Shown piece by piece: positions 30,199 to 38,869 of a stretch of 64,000 bases of DNA. This stretch comes from a virus (taxonomy: Duplodnaviria > Caudoviricetes): the IMG/VR virus record IMGVR_UViG_3300014205_000182, positions 32,001 to 96,000 of that record. One strand, written 5' to 3'. The position numbers and the translations under genes were made by a program. The notes under the pieces were generated by a model. It did no database searches. It was not told the DNA's origin and saw only the letters and a list, made by a program, of their open reading frames with translations. Each line of letters starts with the position of its first letter. Position 1 is the stretch's first letter.

Positions 30199-32049
30199 AT
30201 GCCTAAACCACTCAACTGTAAACACATGCTCTACCCTAAGTGTGGCTGTGTAGAACCTCCTGCACTTGCTACGAATCTCATTGTAGAGCGTGACAAGAAG
30301 AAAGCCCAGGAGAAGGCAGCAGAAATGCGGAAGCCGAAGAAGGCAGGCCGACCGAAGACGCCGTGGGCAGTAGTCGACCACAGAGACCCAGCAGATTTCT
30401 TCATGGAGAAGCTACCCGCTGTGGTTGAAGATCCATATGCCAGAGCAAATCTTCTACGCCTGGTAGATGCTCAGTTAGCTAGAGTAGACTTCGCCGAATT
30501 CTGCCGTCAGGCATGGCACGTCGTAGAACCTACGACCGTTCTCGAATGGAACTGGCACCACGAACTAATCTGCAAAGTCGTGCAGGGCCTGTTCGAAGAA
30601 TGGGAAATGGCGCAGGACGATGAAAACTTCAAGCAACGCATAACGCAGTGCGTGATGAACGTCCCTCCTGGCTCACTTAAGTCCAGAATCATGGCCGTGT
30701 TCTTCCCGGTGTGGGCATGGATTCGTCGTCCAGGCTGGCGCTGTATCTGCCTCTCGGTCAACGAGGAAGCGGCCATGCGTGACGCACGCGACTCTCGAAA
30801 TCTAATCAGAAGTGACTGGTTTCAGCAGGCGTTCACTCCAGAGTGGAACATCAAGATGGACCAAGACGCCATCAGTAACTACGGTAACACGAAGGGTGGC
30901 GTTAGACTCTCGCGTGCCAGCGGTTCCGAGATCGTCGGTCTGCGAGGCGATGCGCTGATCATCGACGACGCAAACAACCCAAAGGAAGCAGAATCTAAGC
31001 TCGTTCGTGAGGATGTCAATAACCTCTACACGACGAACATCCACAACCGTGTCAATCACCCAGAGAAGTCTCTACGAATCGGTATTCAGCAGCGTACCCA
31101 CGCAGAAGACTGGACCGGGTACATCATCAAGCACTATGGCCAGTGGACCGAGCAGGATCCAAATCCCCACAAGTGGCTCTACGTTGTAATCCCAGCAGAA
31201 TTCGAGCCAGAGCGTAAGTGTGTGACGCCGTGGGGAGAAGACCCCCGCAAGGAAAAGGGTCAGAGTCTACACCCGAAGCGTATGAGCCCCGAGCTTATCG
31301 CCGCGACGCGTATGCAATTCGGAACCCAGAAGTACGCTGGCCAGTACCAGCAGCGTCCGACCCTAGCAGAGGGTGGCGCTGTGAAGATGAAGTGGTGGCG
31401 TTACTTCCACTTTACTGGAGAGACTCCGGTTGCGAAGAAAGACCGTGTAGGTGGAGAGGAAATCGACCACACGTTTGACAGCCAAGAGGTTAAGAAAACC
31501 CACGGGTACGCCAGCCGCTGGGATTTTGATTGGGTAGTAATCTCAGTCGACGCTGCGGCAAAGAAGACCGAGCGTGGTTCTCAGCACGGTATCATTGTAA
31601 TGGCAGGCAAGGGGCCAAAGCGTTACATCCTCGACGATAAGACGATGCGAGGGGATATCCTCGACGTTCTAGCTGTCATAGAGCGGTTGTGTCGTAAGTA
31701 CGACCCAGACAGAATTCTAATCGAAGCCAAGGCAGCAGGGCCGGCACTAATGACGCTGTTTGAGGATCGATTCCAGCGAGGTAAGATCCTCGGCTCTAAC
31801 GGACGCCCGCTATCAGTCGTAGTAGATCCCATTGAACCACAGGGAGATAAGTTTGCCCGACTCGACGCCTGCATTCCTACGATTGAAGCCGGGTTAGTCT
31901 ATCTGCACGACGGGGCAGAATGGCTAGAGCCTTTCATTGGGGAAGTCTGTGGATTCCCAACCGCTACGTACGATGACAGACCCGACTGTCTATCGCAGGC
32001 TTTGAATCACATGCAGAGCTTTAGCTCTTACTCTCTGCCAGACTGGTGA
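30199..32049 (+). CDS. terL: Terminase large subunit
   Basis: NVPPGSLKS Walker A, LIIDD Walker B, IQQR, YAGQYQQRP, and nuclease residues SVD, IEAKAAG, DDRPD. Confidence 0.95.
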   Translation: MPKPLNCKHMLYPKCGCVEPPALATNLIVERDKKKAQEKAAEMRKPKKAGRPKTPWAVVDHRDPADFFMEKLPAVVEDPYARANLLRLVDAQLARVDFAEFCRQAWHVVEPTTVLEWNWHHELICKVVQGLFEEWEMAQDDENFKQRITQCVMNVPPGSLKSRIMAVFFPVWAWIRRPGWRCICLSVNEEAAMRDARDSRNLIRSDWFQQAFTPEWNIKMDQDAISNYGNTKGGVRLSRASGSEIVGLRGDALIIDDANNPKEAESKLVREDVNNLYTTNIHNRVNHPEKSLRIGIQQRTHAEDWTGYIIKHYGQWTEQDPNPHKWLYVVIPAEFEPERKCVTPWGEDPRKEKGQSLHPKRMSPELIAATRMQFGTQKYAGQYQQRPTLAEGGAVKMKWWRYFHFTGETPVAKKDRVGGEEIDHTFDSQEVKKTHGYASRWDFDWVVISVDAAAKKTERGSQHGIIVMAGKGPKRYILDDKTMRGDILDVLAVIERLCRKYDPDRILIEAKAAGPALMTLFEDRFQRGKILGSNGRPLSVVVDPIEPQGDKFARLDACIPTIEAGLVYLHDGAEWLEPFIGEVCGFPTATYDDRPDCLSQALNHMQSFSSYSLPDW

Positions 32050-32056
32050 TAATTGC

Positions 32057-32686
32057 TTAGGGTCGATAGTTCATAAACGCAGTACGCGGAGGCTTGATAG
32101 GTCCGGTCGGAAGAACTCCAAACGGGCTAGGCGTATATCCCTCGTGCCACGGTGCCGTAGAAGGCATCGAGACGCGACAGAACTGGCGGAAGGTATCCTC
32201 AGGCATCTCCAGCGCCTCGTGAACGCACGTAGGCGAACACCACCACAGCTGGTTGCTCTTGATCAGCTTGGCCTCACCACACTCGTGGGCAATGTTGGAG
32301 CAGTCACCATTCGGCAGAGGAGTGCCAGCGAAATCCTGATTCCACACGCGACAGCCGGTGTGACTGGAAATCATGTACATGCCGTTCTTGGCATAACCAC
32401 CACCACCGCCGTAGGGAGCATCTCCACCGTCTTCACCGATCCCGTCCACGTGGATACCGGGGCGACGGTGGGTCGTACCAGCCTTGACGAGCGCCTCGTC
32501 AATCGTGAGATACCCGACGCCCTTAGCGCCGGCGATATCGGAAATCTTGGAAACCACAGAACGCCAACCACCAAGCTCCGGCAGTGTGCCGGCAGCGTCA
32601 TGCAGATGAAACGGCATCATCATGACACGGACGCCCGAGAAGGCAGGGAGGTTCATTTGCGCAATCAGCTTTGCTTCACTCTTCAT
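32057..32686 (-). CDS. 2OG-Fe(II) oxygenase/cupin-like protein
   Basis: HRRPGIHVDG (HxD), distal HE and RQFCR. Confidence 0.6.
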   Translation of the reverse strand: MKSEAKLIAQMNLPAFSGVRVMMMPFHLHDAAGTLPELGGWRSVVSKISDIAGAKGVGYLTIDEALVKAGTTHRRPGIHVDGIGEDGGDAPYGGGGGYAKNGMYMISSHTGCRVWNQDFAGTPLPNGDCSNIAHECGEAKLIKSNQLWWCSPTCVHEALEMPEDTFRQFCRVSMPSTAPWHEGYTPSPFGVLPTGPIKPPRTAFMNYRP

Positions 32687-32778
32687 GTCAACACCTTAAG
32701 CATCGGCTGGCTAGGCGTCAAGGGGTGCTAAGCTTCTGAATGACCAAAAACACCAAGATGTCTCTATTCGGCCTAGGC

Positions 32779-33699
32779 CTAGTTGTTGCTATTGCCGGCA
32801 TTCTCGCCGCCCTCGGATTGAACGGGGTACTTGGCTAAGGCTTCCTCATAGGCAGCGTTAAACTCCTCAACAGGGTCAATGTTCCCGAGCCAGTTAGCCT
32901 GGCCTCTAAAATGATCTACGTGGTTACCAATTAGTTTCTTAACGCACTCGTAGATATCTTCCAAGGGGTTAAAGCTTGCGGCATAGCCTCCCAGAATAGA
33001 CATGTCCTTACCGTGCTGGTTCGCACGCGGCGAAGCGCCGTGAGGGTCTACCACACGCCACTTACCGTCGTACTTGTCCATGGAATCGTTGACGCGAGTC
33101 ACTAACTCCAACGTCTCGTGCTGCAAATACAGTGTCCAAGCGTACGTCATGTAAAGCTCGGCCATCTCTCTACCTGGCCACGCCCCACACTGGAAGATCA
33201 TTTCGAAGTTATTGTAGCGCCGGTCTGAAGTTGTATCCTTCATGTTGAGGATAGAAAACTTCCCGTAACACGGCATCTGATGTTGTGAATAAATGGTAGG
33301 GGTTCCAGAGAAGTGTGGTTGTACAGAAACTAGTGGGTCAGGGTGACGAAACACCAACTTCGCAGCAACACCAGACCACAGTTTACGCATAGCCTCACGC
33401 TTGGCAGACCACCTACTTTCGGCAGAGTACAGCGCTCTCGGGCGATCGAACCGAGGCATGTCAATTGCCCTCGGGTAAGCGTAGATTGCTTCACCGTTCC
33501 AGTTAATCTGGGTGTCGCCACCGAAAAACATGTCGCCACCGAAAAACACGAACTTCACATTGTGAAGTGTGCGATCCTTCTTAACCGGCTCGACAGTCGC
33601 ACGTGCAAATCCGCCCAGCTTCCTAGGCGGACGGTGGCCCACCTTCTTAGCAAGCTTAGGATCTGCCAGGTGCCCTAGTGCTTTCTGGTAAGCGTTCAC
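32779..33699 (-). CDS. Hypothetical 306-aa protein
   Basis: Long ORF in the minus-strand operon; LQHETLE and DPH motifs. Confidence 0.7.
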   Translation of the reverse strand: MNAYQKALGHLADPKLAKKVGHRPPRKLGGFARATVEPVKKDRTLHNVKFVFFGGDMFFGGDTQINWNGEAIYAYPRAIDMPRFDRPRALYSAESRWSAKREAMRKLWSGVAAKLVFRHPDPLVSVQPHFSGTPTIYSQHQMPCYGKFSILNMKDTTSDRRYNNFEMIFQCGAWPGREMAELYMTYAWTLYLQHETLELVTRVNDSMDKYDGKWRVVDPHGASPRANQHGKDMSILGGYAASFNPLEDIYECVKKLIGNHVDHFRGQANWLGNIDPVEEFNAAYEEALAKYPVQSEGGENAGNSNN

Positions 33700-33949
33700 T
33701 TCTCAGCCTCATCAGCCGCTCTTAGCAGCATTCGTGCCATGTGACGTGCGTCTGTTGGCGAGACCTCAGAAACGAGCCAGTCAGCCTGAATCCAAGGCCC
33801 ATCTTCGTCACCCTTAATCACCTGAACAAGGTCAAAACCACAAGGATCAGCCTCAGCTAGGAGATCAATGATCCCCATACCTAGCTCGACCATCTCTTCG
33901 CTCTGAGACTTTACGAGATTGTTAGCGATGGCTATAAGATCAGCAACAG

Positions 33950-34246
33950 TCACAGGGAGATCCTAAAGTTAAGATAGACAGTGTAATCGGCAGCTTTGAC
34001 CCAGCGTGAGTAAAACTCGGGCTTCAAGTCGTAAAGCTCCTTAACGCTAGCAGGAGCACTGGCGATCTTGAAAGGCTCAATCCCTAGCTCGACAGCCGCT
34101 TCTACGTGAGCAGCCACGATTCTAGACATCTCCTCGACGAGATCGAATAGTGACTGAGCTTGCGAAGCCAGGTCAATTTCTACACACTGCCCGACGTACC
34201 AGAGGCCGTCACGAGTAAGTAGGACGCTGAGATGTTTGACGATCAA
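33950..34246 (-). CDS. Orphan HicB-like protein
   Basis: LSVLLTRDGLWYVGQCVEIDLASQAQSLFDLVEEM..GIEPF follows the HicB N-domain pattern. Confidence 0.55.
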   Translation of the reverse strand: MIVKHLSVLLTRDGLWYVGQCVEIDLASQAQSLFDLVEEMSRIVAAHVEAAVELGIEPFKIASAPASVKELYDLKPEFYSRWVKAADYTVYLNFRISL

Positions 34247-34700
34247 ATCTGTTCTCCACAGTGATCACAGTAAACACGCATATCACCAGAGTCAACCCCT
34301 GGTGCGCTACAAGCTTCGTGCTGACACTCACCCCAGAACCGTGAGGTGCTCGGGTCCAGATCTTCTGGATCGATAACCTCTTCCAGGTCGTCCTCTAAGT
34401 CATCCAGGTGGCATGCTTGAACGTTCTTCGCACCACCCCTCGGCTGCAAACGATGCTTCATGACAGCAGGAGGGCGATGCTGGGCTGCGACTGCTTCTCC
34501 GCTTCGCTTCTTCATAAGAGCAACCTAAGCACTGCTAGGGTGTTGTCAATAGAACCACCTAGAAGGGAGTACGGTAGACCAGAAAGCTGGAACCTTACGA
34601 TCATAAAGCTCCTTGACTCGCTCACGAGCGTAGTATTCACTGGGAACGGTTCGCTCGTAAACTACGTCGCCGTTGCGAACGCTGAATACGTAGTAGTGAG

Positions 34701-35228
34701 TCAGACGCTCTCACTTTCTTCCTTAGTAGCCTCAGTAACCAGCCGGAACCCAAGGATCTTGGGACGGCTATCCCACGAGTTGATCTTGGGAGCAGCTGCG
34801 AATGCTAGAGCTTGCTTCTTCATGAAGTCAATCTCCTTGAGAGTCGGCTTACGAGACAGAAAAAACTGAACACTCTGGTACGCAGGCCAGGGAGTGTTCT
34901 GCCAAAGCTTGGCTTTCTTGCGATTAGCTGGCGTATCCTTGTAGTGATTACCTTTGCCGTCGTTGAAGAAACCAGGCGTAGGGGCGATCGTCACACAGGT
35001 ATCTTCCGGGATGTCATCAGACTGATGCAGACGGTACTCCAGTAGTTCTTCAAAATCCACCCCAGCTTCGATCGCTGCAATCACGGCAGGCTTCGAATAA
35101 TCTTCGTAGTTCATGCCGGTTGCCCCATCCGGACAATTCTGCTGTCCGGTAACGAAATAGAGCATTTCGCGCTCGAAGTTACCGGAGTATCTGTCGGTGT
35201 CGATCAAGAAGGAGTAAGACTTTCTCAC
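34701..35228 (-). CDS. Conserved hypothetical phage protein
   Basis: FLIDTDRYSGNFEREM..TG and PTPG..NDG.G motifs. Confidence 0.65.
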   Translation of the reverse strand: MRKSYSFLIDTDRYSGNFEREMLYFVTGQQNCPDGATGMNYEDYSKPAVIAAIEAGVDFEELLEYRLHQSDDIPEDTCVTIAPTPGFFNDGKGNHYKDTPANRKKAKLWQNTPWPAYQSVQFFLSRKPTLKEIDFMKKQALAFAAAPKINSWDSRPKILGFRLVTEATKEESESV

Positions 35229-35481
35229 GAAATCACCTCAATGCGAATTGACTTAGGACCACCAAGATAAAGTCTTGGCACAACTTCCTCAGTCAACCAC
35301 TTCTGGCAAGCTTCAGAGTAGAGATCTGCCAGCGAAATGTGAAGCTCCATGCGCCAGATTCGCTTGCCTGCAAAGCTGGTACCGATTGCAGGATGGTCTT
35401 GCGTGCCATCCCTGTAGACGACGTTTAGCCAGAACTTACCCATGTCACCACACTCCGAAGGATGCCCACCTGGACGGTAGG

Positions 35482-36099
35482 TCACTTGTACCGGTGACGG
35501 CCCTTGGCCGGGTCAAACTTGCCACCGTTGCTGATGATGTTCTGCATGATCATCGTCAGGCAGTCGTTCTGGTTGCCTTCAGTAAAGATGGGGGAAGTGT
35601 TGATTACATGATCTTCGATGGTAATTCGATAATCGTGGCGCTTATACTCGTCCCACTTCTCGAAGAAACATTCGACGAGATTCAGCTGGTTTACTGAGAA
35701 CCATTTCTTGAGGTAGTTGACCTCAAACTGCCGCAAAGGCATATCACGGTCAAAGAAGTCAGCCACCGGCAGGTGGTCAGCATTAAGCACTGCACTGGCG
35801 AACAGTCCTCCGATACCACAGACCTGACAGGACGTCTGAGCGATACACTCCGACATATCCATGTTAGCCTCGACGGCAGCAGAGGTGCCCAAAACGTACT
35901 CACTAGGGCCACCGAAGTCAAAGTAAATGCTGGTTGCAGAGAACTTACCTGCCTTCAGCTGAGCGATGACGTCTCGCGCGATAGCGATACGTTGCTTTGG
36001 CTTCGTCAGAGCCTTAAAACGCTTGTTCTTGGCCTTGAGTCGACGTTGAATGGTGGAGCGCAGGGCTCCTTCGGTCTGGATGGTCTTTGTTTGTATCAT
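35482..36099 (-). CDS. CQVCGIG-family protein, copy 1
   Basis: QRIAIARDVIAQ..SCQVCGIG.LFA..NIISN.G.F; paralog of 37970-38581 and 40854-41456. Confidence 0.8.
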   Translation of the reverse strand: MIQTKTIQTEGALRSTIQRRLKAKNKRFKALTKPKQRIAIARDVIAQLKAGKFSATSIYFDFGGPSEYVLGTSAAVEANMDMSECIAQTSCQVCGIGGLFASAVLNADHLPVADFFDRDMPLRQFEVNYLKKWFSVNQLNLVECFFEKWDEYKRHDYRITIEDHVINTSPIFTEGNQNDCLTMIMQNIISNGGKFDPAKGRHRYK

Positions 36100-36740
36100 A
36101 TTACCTCTGTAAGCACTAAGGGTGGGCTTGTCAACGCTTCTTCAACAGATCGCCAAATGAGAAACACAGTCGCTTGTTAGGGGAGTAGTCTTCACGCTTG
36201 CGAGGGACCCCGTTAGGCCCTTCCCAAATGTACGGGTGCAATGAGCACTTACGCGGGTCGTCTTTACAGGTGCAGGTCATATCAATCCTCTGCAAGCTCG
36301 TCGAGTATCTCTTGAACGTAACTCTTGACCTCGACGAGGAAATTCCACTTCTCGTCAGCAGTCATGCTCTCCATGAGTACACTGAGGGTCTCACGAGTGA
36401 TGACCATGTGCTCGGTTTCTTTAGGCATTAGTCCACCACCCAACCATCAGCCAGCATTTCCTCAAAAGAGGCATACTGCTTTGCCGGGATTCCCGCCAGC
36501 TGAGGTTCCAGCTTGCCAGTCTCCAGACGCATCACGTTGCCGAGGTAGACCCACGTCCTACCCTGGACAACAAACCCGATCTCGGGCATCCCAGAGCCCT
36601 TCGGGCGCTTCATGGGCATTACTGGACCCAGAGGCCAGGTCTCTGGCCTGCCAAGAATATCTAGGTCATGCGGGCGCTTAGGTGTCAGCATCATGCATCC
36701 TATCGTAATCACGTGCTACGCTTTGTCAAGTGGAGTGAAT

Positions 36741-37214
36741 GTGAAAGAAATCAAATACGGGGCAATCCCCACAATATACCGAGGCATCCAGTTTCGCAGT
36801 AGACTCGAAGCAAAAATCGCTTGCTTCTTAGATTCGTACGACCTGATCTGGGATTTCGAACCACTTGATCTCAAGCGGTACATCCCAGACTTTATCGTCG
36901 AGTTCCCTTGGGGAGCGACGCTAGTAGAAGCCAAGCCTGCCGTCAGGCCAGCAGAATTCAAACCAGCCTGCCGTAAGATCACACGCAGTGGTTGGACCGG
37001 ACCGGCGCTAGTGATAGGCTCTCAGCTAGCTCTAGGTCCAGATGACCGAGCAGACCTCACGATGTTTGGCTCTACGCAAGCGGAGGATGGTTGCTGGAGC
37101 AGAGTAGGCAGAGAGAGGTGGCCAGCGGACTGGGGATCTGAGTACGTGTTCCCAGACTGCTTCACTAAGTGGGTAGAAGCTGGGAATGTTACGCGCTGGG
37201 ATCCGGGTCAGTGA
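36741..37214 (+). CDS. PD-(D/E)XK endonuclease
   Basis: YRGIQFRSRLEA..YIPDF..VEAKP. Start moved to GTG 36741. Confidence 0.75.
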   Translation: MKEIKYGAIPTIYRGIQFRSRLEAKIACFLDSYDLIWDFEPLDLKRYIPDFIVEFPWGATLVEAKPAVRPAEFKPACRKITRSGWTGPALVIGSQLALGPDDRADLTMFGSTQAEDGCWSRVGRERWPADWGSEYVFPDCFTKWVEAGNVTRWDPGQ

Positions 37215-37397
37215 ACACGAATTTCGGTACCGCCGTGTACCTGCCTTCGATCGGAGGCTCTAGCTCGCGCCAGATTACTTTCATCGCTGTAGAGTAGTAG
37301 TGTTCTTCTGCTCCCTCGGGATCCTTAATCCAAACACCGTTCGACCAGAACACGTTGTCTTGTCCGTTACGAACCCATACAATAACGTACTGATAGG

Positions 37398-37970
37398 TCA
37401 TTCGCACTCGCCCCTAATCTTCTGCAACTTGCTGAAGATCTCGGGCATCTGAGAACCGTCGTACCGAATAACATTCGGCCCAAGCTTCTCGATGTTCTTG
37501 TTCCAGGGCTGCGCGACTGAGATTACCAGACCACGGGGACGCCACTTGATCCAGCGCTCGACATACGCAGGCCAGTCATCCACCAGAACCTTGCCGTAAA
37601 CAAGCCCCTTGTCCTCCGAGAGTGTGATCGGCATGTGAGGCACGTGCTCCTCACACCACTCGACCTTCTCCTGCCAAGCCGCCGTCGACTTGCGGGGACC
37701 CTTGCTGAGGATGTTGCAGCGAAACTTCAAGGCCATCAGAGTATTGACGATGTCAAAGCCTGCCTGGAGCCTGGGGAGGTTGCGCCAGAATCCCGGCAGC
37801 TTCTTGATCAACCTATGACGCTGCTTCACGTAGGTCTGATCTTCGCCCGAGTAGTCATCCGGCTTTGTCTCCTCAGGTGAGCGAATCAGGCTGAGGTAGT
37901 GACGCATCGACTGATCGAAATCGGCGATCGTACCGTCCATGTCGATCAATGCGACAGGTTCAGCCAACAT
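37398..37970 (-). CDS. HAD 5'(3')-deoxyribonucleotidase (NT5C-like)
   Basis: IDMDGTIADF, EKVEWC, DK..LVDD and PWN. Confidence 0.85.
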   Translation of the reverse strand: MLAEPVALIDMDGTIADFDQSMRHYLSLIRSPEETKPDDYSGEDQTYVKQRHRLIKKLPGFWRNLPRLQAGFDIVNTLMALKFRCNILSKGPRKSTAAWQEKVEWCEEHVPHMPITLSEDKGLVYGKVLVDDWPAYVERWIKWRPRGLVISVAQPWNKNIEKLGPNVIRYDGSQMPEIFSKLQKIRGECE

Positions 37971-38581
37971 TACCGGGTCCGATGCTTACCAGCAAACGGG
38001 TTGAAGAACCCACGATTGCTGATGATGTTCTCCATAATCATCACGAGACGCTTCTTAGGGGAACGCTCCAAATAAATCGGAGAAGAGCGCAGAGTCTTCA
38101 GCGTAATCTTGACCGACTCAGGCCAGAGGTACTCGGTACCAGGACGCCACTTCTCGAAGAAGACCTCCACGAGATCCAGCTGATCCTCGGAGAACCACTG
38201 CTGGAGATACTCGGTCTGCTTGCTGCGTTGTTCGGCCATCGTCGGCCAGGTACAACCTGCGGGACGTAGGTCAAAGACCTTCAGCTTGTCGGCGTTCAGG
38301 ACAGCACCAGCAAAGAGGCTGCCGATACCACAAACCTGGCACGAAGAAGCTTGGGCCACCACATCAGCAACCTCAAGCTCGTCCCTGGCGCCGCTGAAAT
38401 CGCTGATGTCAAAATAACCGCTGAACGCCTTGAACTTGCCGGCGTAGATCTGAGCGATCACATCCTTCGCGATGTGGATGCGCTGCTCATGCTGAGGAAG
38501 CTTGGCAAACGCCTTATTCTTCTGCTGAACGAGCTTACGTGCGGCTTCAAACTTCGGTCCCTGATTGCTGATCACTTGCAT
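37970..38581 (-). CDS. CQVCGIG-family protein, copy 2
   Basis: Same motifs as copy 1; has its own leaderless promoter. Confidence 0.8.
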   Translation of the reverse strand: MQVISNQGPKFEAARKLVQQKNKAFAKLPQHEQRIHIAKDVIAQIYAGKFKAFSGYFDISDFSGARDELEVADVVAQASSCQVCGIGSLFAGAVLNADKLKVFDLRPAGCTWPTMAEQRSKQTEYLQQWFSEDQLDLVEVFFEKWRPGTEYLWPESVKITLKTLRSSPIYLERSPKKRLVMIMENIISNRGFFNPFAGKHRTR

Positions 38582-38616
38582 ATATCACCTGTAGTCATCT
38601 GTTTAGCTTCTGTCAA

Positions 38617-38862
38617 TGGCACACACTCAGGTCTCGCACCTGTCTCATCACCTTCAATTTTACGTTGCTTCAGTTTTGAGCGCCCTGATCCTTTACCGTG
38701 CCCGATAAAGCCAGCTATGTGTCGTCGTCTTTCCGACTGTCATACCGGCACCACGCGTAGCCCGGTCGCGTATTGTCAACGGGGTACGTTCACTCTACCC
38801 GTTGTCCCTCTCTCCCTGAACGCTATGACGAGAACTTAATCTCGACTACCTAGAGAGGTGTG
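38617..38862 (-). ncRNA. Putative structured RNA ending in a tRNA-like T-arm and CCA
   Basis: Intergenic with several hairpins; 3' end is CAGG-TGCGAGA-CCTG-A-GTGTGT-G-CCA. Confidence 0.5.
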
Positions 38863-38869
38863 GGAGCAC

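Noticed and set aside
34546-34704. Short ORF (THYYVFSVRNG...) with an apparent CTG start overlapping the upstream TGA
   Set aside because: It looks coding, but the start cannot be supported and may reflect a base error, so it is not listed as a feature.
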